In this document: piece by piece, positions 29,387 through 38,764 of the stretch
How positions within the stretch are numbered: the first letter of the stretch is position 1
Layout of the letters: every line of letters begins with the position of its first letter
Assembly (NCBI GenBank): GCA_009842675.1
Contig: VYEX01000077.1
Location: 44,207-108,206, forward strand
DNA: 64,000 nucleotides
Source: Acidimicrobiia bacterium
GTDB lineage: Bacteria > Actinomycetota > Acidimicrobiia > Acidimicrobiales > Bin134
Reading direction: 5' to 3'
The notes under the pieces: model-generated
The model's database searches: none
What the model was told of the DNA's origin: nothing
What the model saw: the letters and a program-made list of their open reading frames with translations, nothing else
Position numbers and translations under genes: made by a program

Positions 29387-30340
29387 GTGCAGGTCATCGA
29401 AGACTTTGATCGCCTAGAAGGCATTGAGGAGACCGCCGCCAGCATCGGGGTGTACGACGGCGTCCATGTTGGACATCAGGCCGTCATAAATCAGCTCCTC
29501 TCCGAAGCGGAAAGGCTGGGGGTGGCACCGGCGGTGGTGACATTCGACCGCCACCCAGCGCTGGTCTTGCGGCCCGAAAACGCCCCCAAACTGCTGAACT
29601 CCCTCGACCAGAAGCTGGAACTGCTCGAGGCGGCCGGCATTGAGTACGTGTACCTGATCGAATTCTCCCCGGATAGAGCCCACACCATGCCGGAAGAATT
29701 TGTGCGCCAGGTCTTCGTGAACAGGCTTCGAGTGCGAAGCGTGGTGGTGGGGGAGGACTTTCACTTCGGGCGGTCGCGTATGGGAAACATCGACACGCTG
29801 CGGAAATTCGGTATGGAAATGGGCTTCGAAGTTCAAGCGGTGAAGCTGCTGCACCATGACAAGAAGTGGCCCGAGCCCGTTTCATCCACTGCCGTGCGCC
29901 GTGCACTGGCCGGCGGGGATGTTCGCACCGCGGCGGCCATGCTGGGGAGGTATCACGAGATCAGGGGCAAGGTGGTGCTGGGCGATCGGCGGGGGATGAC
30001 CATCGGGTTCCCCACTGCGAACATCCCGGTTTCTATGGTCATGGCCTGGCCGGCCGACGCCGTTTATGCCGGCTGGTACACCCGTCCCGACGGATCCCGA
30101 TACATGGCAGCCATTAACATCGGCCGACGGCCCACCTTCTACGAGCACGCCCAGCAGTCGCTGCTGGAGGCGCACCTCCTGGACTTTGAGGGCGACCTGT
30201 ACGGCGAGGAGGCCAGAGTGGAGTTTGTGGAGTTGCTGCGAAGCGAGCATCGCTTCGACGGCATCGAGTCTCTGGTGAAACAGCTCCGCATCGACGTTGC
30301 CTTGTCTCGGGAAATCCTGATGGCGGAACCTTCTCTCTAG
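29387..30340 (+). CDS. ribF: Riboflavin kinase/FAD synthetase
   Basis: GVYDGVHVGHQ, VVGEDFHFG, GFPTAN, NIGRRPTF. Confidence 0.97.
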   Translation: MQVIEDFDRLEGIEETAASIGVYDGVHVGHQAVINQLLSEAERLGVAPAVVTFDRHPALVLRPENAPKLLNSLDQKLELLEAAGIEYVYLIEFSPDRAHTMPEEFVRQVFVNRLRVRSVVVGEDFHFGRSRMGNIDTLRKFGMEMGFEVQAVKLLHHDKKWPEPVSSTAVRRALAGGDVRTAAAMLGRYHEIRGKVVLGDRRGMTIGFPTANIPVSMVMAWPADAVYAGWYTRPDGSRYMAAINIGRRPTFYEHAQQSLLEAHLLDFEGDLYGEEARVEFVELLRSEHRFDGIESLVKQLRIDVALSREILMAEPSL

Positions 30341-30405
30341 TTGTTATGAGGCCTTTTCCTCCCTCAAGGGAGGTCTTGAGCGCGGAACCTTCCCGCTAGC
30401 CGCCC

Positions 30406-31515
30406 ATGGAACTAGCCCTTTTCTCGGAAATCCCGGTACCTCGGCCGTGGCACGCCGATAGCGAGATGCTGCGCTACCGGGAACTGATCCAACAGGCCGT
30501 GCTAGCCGACCAACTCGGGTACCACAGCTTCTGGACGGTGGAGCACCATTTTCTCGAGGAGATGTCGCACAGCTCCAACCCCGAAGTGCTCTACGGAGCA
30601 GTGGCCGCGCTCACCGAGCAGATTCGACTGGGCTATGGGGTGCGCCTGACCCCGAAGCCCTACAACCACCCGGTCCGCAGTGCCGAGTCGGCGGCCACGC
30701 TCGACGTGATCAGCGGGGGACGAGTGGAATTCGGCACCGGCCGCTCCACCACCCGAGCCGAGCTGGAGGGTTTCGGAATCGATCCTCGGGAGACCAGGGC
30801 CATGTGGGCCGAGGCCGTCGGGCACATCGCGGGCTGTTGGCTGAATGACGAATACGAGTTTGAGGGCCAGTACTGGTCGATGCCTCGTCGCCGGGTTCTG
30901 CCCAAGCCAGTGCAGAAGCCCCATCCCCCGATATGGGCAGCCACTGGCAGTCGGGAGACCCATCAGCTGGTGGGGGAGATGGGGATGGGCCTGCTGTCGT
31001 TCAGTGCCGGCGTGTCGCTGGAGGAACTGGAGCTTCGGATCAACCTTTACCGCGAGGGGTTGGAGGCTTGCCAGAACCCGGTGGGGGGCTACGTGAACGA
31101 CCGGGTGGCCACCTTCGCCATGTTCCACTGCGCGCCCACCACAGCCGAGGCCTATGACAACGCCCGGGAGTCGTTCTGGTGGTATCCCACAGTGGCGTTC
31201 AAGTTGGTGGGCAGCGTGGCCGAGATGCTCCAAGAAGAGGGGGCCGACCTCGGCGATTGGAACTATCTCCGGTATTTGCCCGGCATGACCGCGGACGCCG
31301 ATTGGGATACCACTTTCAACATCGAGGACCTGGTTGAGCAGGGTGTCTCCATCGCCGGCGACCCCGACCAGTGCATTGAGCTATGTCAGGGCTTCGCCGA
31401 CCTCGGCGTCGACCTGCTGCTGTGCATGATGAACCCCTACAACATCCCCCACGACAAGGTCATGGAAAGCCTCCGCCTCACCGCCACCCACGTCCTGCCC
31501 TCTCTCAAGGACTAG
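30406..31515 (+). CDS. LLM-class flavin-dependent oxidoreductase
   Basis: WTVEHHF, LDVISGGRVEFGTGR, PKPVQKPHPPIW. Confidence 0.92.
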   Translation: MELALFSEIPVPRPWHADSEMLRYRELIQQAVLADQLGYHSFWTVEHHFLEEMSHSSNPEVLYGAVAALTEQIRLGYGVRLTPKPYNHPVRSAESAATLDVISGGRVEFGTGRSTTRAELEGFGIDPRETRAMWAEAVGHIAGCWLNDEYEFEGQYWSMPRRRVLPKPVQKPHPPIWAATGSRETHQLVGEMGMGLLSFSAGVSLEELELRINLYREGLEACQNPVGGYVNDRVATFAMFHCAPTTAEAYDNARESFWWYPTVAFKLVGSVAEMLQEEGADLGDWNYLRYLPGMTADADWDTTFNIEDLVEQGVSIAGDPDQCIELCQGFADLGVDLLLCMMNPYNIPHDKVMESLRLTATHVLPSLKD

Positions 31516-31518
31516 TGA

Positions 31519-32397
31519 TTATTTCTGCGACAAACCACTAGGACTGCCGTCGAGCAGGGCGCTGACCTCGGCCCGGGTGGGCATGGAGGGCTGGGCGCCG
31601 GGGGTCTGTACCGCCAGGGCGCCGGCGGCGTTGGCGAATCGAACGGCCTCGATGAGGGGGCGCTCTTCGGCGAGGGCAACGCCCAAGGCGCCGCAGAAGG
31701 CATCTCCGGCACCGGTGGGGTCCACTACTTCGGCGGGAAAGGAGGGAACTAGCACATCGTCAAGCTGGGCTCCTCGACCGCCCAGAGTGAGGACTATGTC
31801 GAACTGGCCGGTTTCAGGGCCGATGGATTCGATCTGGGCTTGCTCGGCCCGGTTCACCACCAGCACGTCGGTAAGCGGCACAACGGCCTCCACCAGGAAT
31901 GGATCGACCGGAGCGGGATTGAAGAGCACGGTGGTCCCACCTGAGCGAGCTGCTTGGGCTGCCTTTCTGGCGCCGGCCGCCCCCACCTCGCCTTGCAGCA
32001 GCAGCACATCGGCGGCGGCGATCACTTCGGCGGCCGCGTCAGCGTCGGCGACCCCGGTGCTGGCATTGGCGCCGGCGACGATGACGATAGATACGTCCGC
32101 CGGGGAGATGAGCGGCACCGCGGTGCCGGTGGGCTCGTCGGCGATGCGAACAAGGCTGGTGTCCACGCCACTTTCGTTGAGCACTTCCACCAGCCAGCGG
32201 CCCCGGTCGTCATCGCCTACGCAGCCCACCATGTGCGTGTCAGCCCCGAGCCGGGCCGCGGCCGTTGCCTGGTTGGCGCCCTTGCCCCCGGAAAATGCCT
32301 CCATCCTTTGGGCCCGCAGGGTTTCATCCGGGCCGGGAAGCCGCTCCAGCCAGATGGACAGGTCGTAGTTGAGGCTCCCGAAGGACACAACCTTCAC
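31519..32397 (-). CDS. rbsK: Ribokinase (PfkB family)
   Basis: GSLNYD, GGKGANQA, NPAP, DPTGAGDAF. Confidence 0.88.
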   Translation of the reverse strand: MKVVSFGSLNYDLSIWLERLPGPDETLRAQRMEAFSGGKGANQATAAARLGADTHMVGCVGDDDRGRWLVEVLNESGVDTSLVRIADEPTGTAVPLISPADVSIVIVAGANASTGVADADAAAEVIAAADVLLLQGEVGAAGARKAAQAARSGGTTVLFNPAPVDPFLVEAVVPLTDVLVVNRAEQAQIESIGPETGQFDIVLTLGGRGAQLDDVLVPSFPAEVVDPTGAGDAFCGALGVALAEERPLIEAVRFANAAGALAVQTPGAQPSMPTRAEVSALLDGSPSGLSQK

Positions 32398-32535
32398 GCC
32401 ACCAGTATTCCGCAAAAGCTCTCAGGTAGGTGTTTGAGGCTTCAGAGTGGTAGTTTGGATGGGTCCCCCGGGCACAAGTACGGCAAGGTGCCATGCAATC
32501 GCCCGTTTTCTGACCGACGGACACACTGAGTAGGG

Positions 32536-32805
32536 ATGGCCGAGAAGCTACTGTCAAAGACCGCGACGATCGAACAGCACCGCCTGCACGACACCGATAC
32601 AGGCTCGCCTGAGGTCCAGATCGCTCTGCTTACTGAGCGCATCAATCACCTCACCGAGCATCTGAAGGTGCATGAGAAGGACCACCACAGCAGGCGGGGC
32701 CTGCTGATGATGGTGGGTCGTCGGCGACGGCTGCTCGACTACGTCAAGGACAACGACGTGGAGCGGTACCGCGGCATAATTGCCGAACTCGGCCTTCGAC
32801 GCTAA
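32536..32805 (+). CDS. rpsO: 30S ribosomal protein S15
   Basis: [27 protein letters not shown]. Confidence 0.99.
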   Translation: MAEKLLSKTATIEQHRLHDTDTGSPEVQIALLTERINHLTEHLKVHEKDHHSRRGLLMMVGRRRRLLDYVKDNDVERYRGIIAELGLRR

Positions 32806-32862
32806 GTGGGTTGTGCCGCTGAGAAGCGGGCGTTGCCCAGGCGACCAATGGAAAACACATAA

Positions 32863-32949
32863 GCGGGCCTAGAGAATGGCCAGCTGCCAGTTGAAGGGGC
32901 CGAGTAGCCCTGGGCCTCTCCAACTGGGAACTGGCTCCGCACGGCCTGC
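32863..32949 (+). promoter_or_regulatory. pnp 5'-UTR long hairpin (Actino-pnp-like leader)
   Basis: GCCAG..CCAGTTG.AGGGGCC pairs with GGCCTCT.CAACTGG..CTGGC (32879-32935); outer GCGGGCC/GGCCTGC. Confidence 0.65.
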
Positions 32950-32981
32950 TCGGACCTCGTATGGTCCGGAGAGGAGCAAAC

Positions 32982-35585
32982 ATGGCGGAAGCCATCACCG
33001 TTTCAGTCGCTGTGAGCGGCGCGGAAAACAAAACCCTGTCCTTTGAGACAGGTCGTCTGGCCGGACAGGCCGACGGTGCCGTTGTGGCCCGCATGGGCGA
33101 CACCACCATCCTGGTGACCGCAACTGCGGCCCGGCGTGTTCGTGAAGGGGCGGATTTCTTCCCCCTCACCGTCGACATCGAGGAGCGGATGTATGCCGCG
33201 GGCAAGATTCCCGGCTCGTTCTTTCGGCGTGAGGGCAGGGCCCCTGAATCGGCCATCTTGACCTGCCGGCTGATCGATCGGCCTCTGCGGCCCTCGTTTC
33301 CCGACGGGTTCCGCAACGAGATCCACGTTGTCGGAACGGTGTTGGGTGCCGACCAGGAGAACCCCTATGACGTGATCGCCATCAATGGGGCATCGGCCGC
33401 ACTGAGCATCTCGGGCATCCCGTTTGCCGGGCCGATTGGTGCCGTGAGAGTGGCCCACAGCGCTGATGGGGAGTGGATTCCCCACCCCACCTACGCCGAG
33501 GGCGCCGAGTCCACGTTTGAGATGGTGGTAGCCGGCCGTGTCTTGGACGACGGCGACGTCGCCATCATGATGGTGGAGGCCAACGGCACCGAGGCAGGCT
33601 GGGAGCTCTATAGCAACGGCACTCCAAAAGTGGACGAAGCAGCCCTGGCCGAGGGCTTGGAGAAGTCCAAGGAGTGGATCAAAGAAGCGGTGGGCCTCCA
33701 GCGCCGGCTGATCGCCACTGCCGGGGTGAAACCCCCCATGGAATACGAACTTCAGGTGGACTACTCCTCCGAGATCGAAGCGGCGGTCGCCGAAGTCGGC
33801 TCTGAGAAGCTGGCCTCGGCCATGTCCATCGCCGACAAAGCAGAGCGCCAGGAGACCGAGTCTCAGGCAAAAGAGGATGTCGCCGCCGCGCTGGCCGACC
33901 GGTTCGCCGAAGTCGAAGGGGCAGACAAGCAGATCTCAGCCGCAGTCCGCTCGCTCACCAAGAGCATCGTTCGCAACCGCATCGTGCAAGACGGCGTGCG
34001 GATCGACGGCCGGGGAGCGGTTGATCTCCGGCCGCTGGGCTCTGATGTGGGGGTGGTGGAGACCGCTCATGGCTCAGGATTGTTCGAGCGGGGCGAGACC
34101 CAAGTGTTGAACATCACCACGCTGGGCACCGCCCGGATGGACCAGATGATCGACGGGATCGATCCCATCGACAAGAAGCGCTACATCCACCACTACAACT
34201 TCCCGCCGTACTCCACCGGGGAGACCGGCTTCATGCGGGGTCCCAAGCGCCGGGAGATCGGGCACGGGGCCCTGGCCGAGAAGGCGCTGGTGCCGGTGGT
34301 GCCCAGCATGGACGAGTTCCCCTACACGCTGCGCTTGGTGTCGGAAGTGCTCTCATCCAATGGCTCTACGTCGATGGGCTCGGTGTGCTCGTCCACGCTG
34401 TCGCTCATGGACGCCGGCGTTCCCATCAAGGCACCCGTCGCGGGCATCGCCATGGGGTTGGTCTTCCATGAGGGCCAATACATAACCCTCACCGACATTT
34501 TGGGTGCCGAGGATGCATTTGGCGACATGGACTTCAAGGTGGCAGGAACCGCTGACTTTGTGACCGCCCTGCAACTCGATACCAAGATCGACGGTCTGCC
34601 CGCCGATGTTCTGGCCGGTGCCCTCAATCAGGCCCGCGACGCCCGGCTGAAGATCTTGGAGGTCATGGCCGGGGCTATTGATGCTCCTCGGGATGATGTG
34701 CGGCCTACCGCGCCCAAGATCATCAAGTTTGAGATCCCGCTGGACAAGATCGGCGAGGTGATCGGGCCCAAGGGCAAGGTGATCAATTCCATTCAGGCCG
34801 AGACCGGGGCTGAGGTCAACGTGGACGACGCCCAAGACGCGGGCATCGTTACCATCTCCTCGCCCGACCGTGATTGCGTGGACGAGGCGGAGCGCCAAAT
34901 CCGCTTGATTCTGGATCCACCCACCGCCGACGTGGGAGAGGTTTACAACGGGAAGGTGGTGAACATCACCGCCTTCGGGGCGTTCGTGAACATCCTCCCG
35001 GGTCGCGATGGATTGGTGCACATCTCCAAGCTGGGCCGAGGTCGACGGGTGGAGCGCGTTGAGGACGTGGTTGCGCTGGGCGACGACCTTGAGGTTGTCG
35101 TGGAAGACATCGATCCAAACGGCAAGATCAGTCTCAAGCTGGTCGGCGACGAGAGCGGCGACGATCGCGATTCTGGTTCTCGATCAGATGATCGGGGTGG
35201 CCGCGACCGTGACGACCGCCGTGATGATCGGGGTGGCCGGGGTCGCCGTGATGACCGGGGTGGCCGCGACCGTGACGACCGCCGTGATGATCGGGGTGGC
35301 CGGGGTCGCCGTGATGACCGGGGTGGCCGCGACCGTGACGACCGCCGTGATGATCGGGGTGGCCGGGACCGTGACGACCGCCGTGATGATCGGGGTGGCC
35401 GGGGTCGCCGTGACGAACGCGGCGGCCGAGACCGCAGGGATTGGGACGGCCCTTCCCAAGCGGCTTCCTTCGAGGAAGACTTCGAAGCTCAACTGCGCGA
35501 TGAATTCGGCGATCTGGGTCCCAGCGGGGGCTCGCATCGTCGAGGAGGGGGTCGCGGTCGCGACCGGGATCGGGCACCGCGCTAG
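32982..35585 (+). CDS. pnp: Polyribonucleotide nucleotidyltransferase with RD/RGG-rich tail
   Basis: DFFPLTVD, RREIGHG, SNGSTSMGSVC, DAFGDMDFKVAG, KH and S1 domains. Confidence 0.99.
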   Translation: MAEAITVSVAVSGAENKTLSFETGRLAGQADGAVVARMGDTTILVTATAARRVREGADFFPLTVDIEERMYAAGKIPGSFFRREGRAPESAILTCRLIDRPLRPSFPDGFRNEIHVVGTVLGADQENPYDVIAINGASAALSISGIPFAGPIGAVRVAHSADGEWIPHPTYAEGAESTFEMVVAGRVLDDGDVAIMMVEANGTEAGWELYSNGTPKVDEAALAEGLEKSKEWIKEAVGLQRRLIATAGVKPPMEYELQVDYSSEIEAAVAEVGSEKLASAMSIADKAERQETESQAKEDVAAALADRFAEVEGADKQISAAVRSLTKSIVRNRIVQDGVRIDGRGAVDLRPLGSDVGVVETAHGSGLFERGETQVLNITTLGTARMDQMIDGIDPIDKKRYIHHYNFPPYSTGETGFMRGPKRREIGHGALAEKALVPVVPSMDEFPYTLRLVSEVLSSNGSTSMGSVCSSTLSLMDAGVPIKAPVAGIAMGLVFHEGQYITLTDILGAEDAFGDMDFKVAGTADFVTALQLDTKIDGLPADVLAGALNQARDARLKILEVMAGAIDAPRDDVRPTAPKIIKFEIPLDKIGEVIGPKGKVINSIQAETGAEVNVDDAQDAGIVTISSPDRDCVDEAERQIRLILDPPTADVGEVYNGKVVNITAFGAFVNILPGRDGLVHISKLGRGRRVERVEDVVALGDDLEVVVEDIDPNGKISLKLVGDESGDDRDSGSRSDDRGGRDRDDRRDDRGGRGRRDDRGGRDRDDRRDDRGGRGRRDDRGGRDRDDRRDDRGGRDRDDRRDDRGGRGRRDERGGRDRRDWDGPSQAASFEEDFEAQLRDEFGDLGPSGGSHRRGGGRGRDRDRAPR
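35187..35438 (+). repeat. Composite tandem repeat of 36-bp and 27-bp units in the pnp tail
   Basis: Unit A = DDRGGRDRDDRR, unit B = DDRGGRGRR; order A-B-A-B-A-A-B. Confidence 0.93.
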
Positions 35586-35647
35586 ACCACCCTCCTGCTT
35601 CAAATCCGAGCCCATTACTCAACGCCCGGCCCTATATCGTCTCGTTC

Positions 35648-36418
35648 ATGATCCAGGTAGGGGTGTTCGGCGCGGGCGGCAGAATGGGCGCCACCGTCTG
35701 TGAAGCGGTGGCTTCCGACCCTGACATGAATCTGGTGGCCGCGGTTGATCCCTACGGCGTAGGAGCGTCGGCCGGAGGTGTGGTTGCCGTTGCCGACCGC
35801 CAGGCAGTGGTTGACGCGGGCGCCGACGTGGTGGTGGATTTCACCATCGCTGAAGCGGCCCGAGACAACCTGGTCTGGCTGGCTGAGCAGCGAGTCCACG
35901 CCGTCGTGGGAACCACCGGGTTCACGGACGGCGACTTGGAGCGATTCCAGGCTGCATTCGAAGCGGCGGAGCGGGCCTGCATCATCGCTCCCAACTTCGC
36001 CATCAGCGCGGTGCTGATGATGCGGTTTGCCGAGTTGGCCGCGCCTTACTTCGAGACGGCCGAGGTCATTGAGCTGCACCATGACGCCAAGATCGACGCT
36101 CCGTCGGGAACCGCCCGGCTAACGGTGGAGAAGATGGCCGCCGCATCAGATGCCTGGGCACCCGATCCCACCGAGCACGAAATGCTCTCGGGAATTCGGG
36201 GCGCGGAGGGTCCCGCGGGCATCCGGGTCCATGCCGTGCGCATGAGGGGGATGGTGGCCCATCACGAGGTGATCTTGGGAGCCGAGGGCCAAACCCTGAC
36301 CATTCGCCAAGACTCCACCGATCGGTCCTCCTTCATGCCTGGAGTCCTGGCTGCGGTGAAAGCCGCCCCCGACCACACCGGGCTCATCGTCGGACTCGAC
36401 GCCCTGCTGGACATCTAA
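35648..36418 (+). CDS. dapB: 4-hydroxy-tetrahydrodipicolinate reductase
   Basis: GAGGRMG, VVGTTG, ELHHDAKIDAPSGTA. Confidence 0.97.
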   Translation: MIQVGVFGAGGRMGATVCEAVASDPDMNLVAAVDPYGVGASAGGVVAVADRQAVVDAGADVVVDFTIAEAARDNLVWLAEQRVHAVVGTTGFTDGDLERFQAAFEAAERACIIAPNFAISAVLMMRFAELAAPYFETAEVIELHHDAKIDAPSGTARLTVEKMAAASDAWAPDPTEHEMLSGIRGAEGPAGIRVHAVRMRGMVAHHEVILGAEGQTLTIRQDSTDRSSFMPGVLAAVKAAPDHTGLIVGLDALLDI

Positions 36419-36427
36419 ACCCCTGTT

Positions 36428-37183
36428 GTGTCGCTCCGGCGCCTCTTGACGAACGTCGCGGTTCTGCTGGCCGTAGCGGCCATGGTCATCGCCGGCTTCT
36501 GGCAGCTCCACCGGCTGTCGGAGCGCCGAGATCGAAACAGCACGATCACCGACCGCAGCGAACTCCCTGTTGTCGAGGTGCAAAGCCTGGTGGAAAGCGC
36601 CAGCGGCTTCGACGTGGGGAACGACATCGAGTTCCGCCCGGTCCGGGCTGTCGGTTTCTATCAGGCCGAAGATGAGGTGCTGATCCGCAACCGGACCTAC
36701 CAGGGATCTGCCGGGTATTGGGTCCTCACCCCGCTGCGGCTCCGAACCGGCGACATCGTGGCTGTCAATCGGGGCTGGATCCCCCACGCCGCGGGCACCG
36801 GCACTGCTCCCGCTGAATTCGCTCCCGCCACCGGCGAGGTACAGGTGGTCGGGCTGGTCCGGGCCACGGTCACCGCCGAGGGACTCCAGCGGTCGGACCC
36901 GTCAAGCGGGGTGCTGGCCGAGATGGCCCGACCCGATCTGGCCCGTCTGTCCCAACAGCTCGAAGGCGCCCTTCTGCCGGTCTACGTGCAACTCCAGGCC
37001 CAGACCCCGTCCTCTGGTGATCTGCCCGTCCCCGTTCCCCCTCCCGACCTGGGAGAAGGATCGCATTTGGCCTATGCCGTCCAGTGGTTCGTCTTCGCCT
37101 CCATAGCCCTGGTGGGCTATCCGCTGATCTTGCGCCGTCTGGGCCGTCCCGGCGACCCCGATCAAGAAGCAAAAGTAGGCTGA
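36428..37183 (+). CDS. SURF1-family cytochrome oxidase biogenesis protein
   Basis: GFWQLHRL, GYWVLTPL, VNRGWIP, HLAYAVQWF. Confidence 0.92.
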   Translation: MSLRRLLTNVAVLLAVAAMVIAGFWQLHRLSERRDRNSTITDRSELPVVEVQSLVESASGFDVGNDIEFRPVRAVGFYQAEDEVLIRNRTYQGSAGYWVLTPLRLRTGDIVAVNRGWIPHAAGTGTAPAEFAPATGEVQVVGLVRATVTAEGLQRSDPSSGVLAEMARPDLARLSQQLEGALLPVYVQLQAQTPSSGDLPVPVPPPDLGEGSHLAYAVQWFVFASIALVGYPLILRRLGRPGDPDQEAKVG

Positions 37184-37187
37184 TCCG

Positions 37188-37832
37188 GTGGCGCATTCAG
37201 GAGAATCCATGCCGCGGGTGCTTCATGCATTGCGCACCAAGGGCATGGCCGAGGTCGATGCAGTGGCTCATGCCGCTGGCTTGACGGAGGACCAGGCGGG
37301 CGGCGTATTGCACGAACTCGGCGATCGGGGATGGGCCCGCTACCGGGACGGCAATCGGGCCAAGGGCTGGATGCTGCTGGGGGAGGGCCGGGCTGAGGCC
37401 GAGCGACTGGCCACCGCTGAGATGGAGGCTTCCGGCCAGCGGTCCGCGGTCTTCGATCTCTACGAGGCGTTCAAGGTGTTGGATCCCGAATTGAAGCAGG
37501 CCTGCACCGATTTTCAGATACGCGGAGATCAGACTCTGAACGACCACACCGACCCCGACTACGACGCGGCGGTCATCGCCCGCTTGGCTGAGATCAATCG
37601 GCGCGTCCAGCCGATCATGGCCAGCCTGACCGACGCCCTAGGGCGCTTCGGGCACTATGGACCGAGACTCAACTTTGCGCTGACCCAGGTGGTGGGCGGT
37701 GACATTAACTGGTTTACGAAACCCTCGCTGGATTCGTACCATGAGGTGTGGTTCGAGCTGCACGAGGATCTTCTGGTGACACTGGGAATTGATCGGGCAT
37801 CCGAGCTGACCGTCGATTCCGCTGACGCGTAA
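37188..37832 (+). CDS. Uncharacterised protein with N-terminal wHTH-like segment and DSYHxVWFELHEDLL motif
   Basis: Long ORF packed tightly between neighbours; family recalled from memory only. Confidence 0.7.
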   Translation: MAHSGESMPRVLHALRTKGMAEVDAVAHAAGLTEDQAGGVLHELGDRGWARYRDGNRAKGWMLLGEGRAEAERLATAEMEASGQRSAVFDLYEAFKVLDPELKQACTDFQIRGDQTLNDHTDPDYDAAVIARLAEINRRVQPIMASLTDALGRFGHYGPRLNFALTQVVGGDINWFTKPSLDSYHEVWFELHEDLLVTLGIDRASELTVDSADA

Positions 37833-37841
37833 GGAGAACCC

Positions 37842-38735
37842 ATGGCTCGATTCGGCAAGGTGCTTACCGCCATGGTCACACCGTTTCGAGACGACGGCTC
37901 GCTCGATCTGGAGACGGCTGCGTCATTGGCCCAATGGCTGAGCGACAACGGAAGCGATGGGCTGGTCATCGCGGGCACAACCGGCGAGGCGCCTACCCTG
38001 ACTCACGACGAGCAGATCGATCTCATCGGTGCCGTCGTGGCCGCGGTGGATGTCCCGGTGGTGGCCGGAGCGGGCAGCAACGACACCGCCGCGGCGGTTG
38101 AGCTCACCGAGCGGGCCCAGGAGGCCGGAGCCGACGGAATCTTGTCGGTGGCCCCGTACTACAACCGCCCCTCGCAGGCTGGCTTGGCCAAGCACTTTGC
38201 CTCGGTGGCGGCGGCAACCGACCTTCCGGTGATCATCTACGACATTCCCGTTCGCACCGGGCGCAAGGTGGACACCGCCACGCTGCTGGACCTGGCCCAC
38301 GGTGTGGCCAACATCGTCGGGGTCAAGGACGCCGCCGGCGACCCCGCCGAAACCGCTGGCCTCATCGCCCAGGCGCCCGATGATTTCGAGGTGTATAGCG
38401 GCGACGACAGCCTCACACTGCCGTTGCTGTCGGTTGGGGCGGTGGGCGTCATCGGAGTGGCCACCCACTGGGCCGGCGCCGAGCACGCCGAGATGATCGC
38501 CGCCTTCGAGAAGGGCGACGTGGCGGCCGCCCGCCAGATCAACGCCAGCCTCATGCCTTCGTATGACTATGAGACGGGGTTGGCCGCGCCCAACCCCATC
38601 CCGGCCAAGGCCATGATGCGCCTCATCGGGCTGCCGGTGGGCCGGTGCCGACCGCCGCTGGACGTAGAACCCGACGGCCTGATCGAGGCCGCCGCCGAAG
38701 TGCTGGCCGGCACACGACTCGGTGCAGATGACTGA
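37842..38735 (+). CDS. dapA: 4-hydroxy-tetrahydrodipicolinate synthase
   Basis: AMVTPF, GTTGE, YDIPVRTG, GVKDA, YSGDD. Confidence 0.97.
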   Translation: MARFGKVLTAMVTPFRDDGSLDLETAASLAQWLSDNGSDGLVIAGTTGEAPTLTHDEQIDLIGAVVAAVDVPVVAGAGSNDTAAAVELTERAQEAGADGILSVAPYYNRPSQAGLAKHFASVAAATDLPVIIYDIPVRTGRKVDTATLLDLAHGVANIVGVKDAAGDPAETAGLIAQAPDDFEVYSGDDSLTLPLLSVGAVGVIGVATHWAGAEHAEMIAAFEKGDVAAARQINASLMPSYDYETGLAAPNPIPAKAMMRLIGLPVGRCRPPLDVEPDGLIEAAAEVLAGTRLGADD

Positions 38736-38764
38736 ACCTGCGATCACATTGAGGATTCCCGCCA

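Noticed and set aside
35187-35438. Repeat array resembling CRISPR
   Set aside because: No unique spacers, in frame within pnp, and no cas genes.
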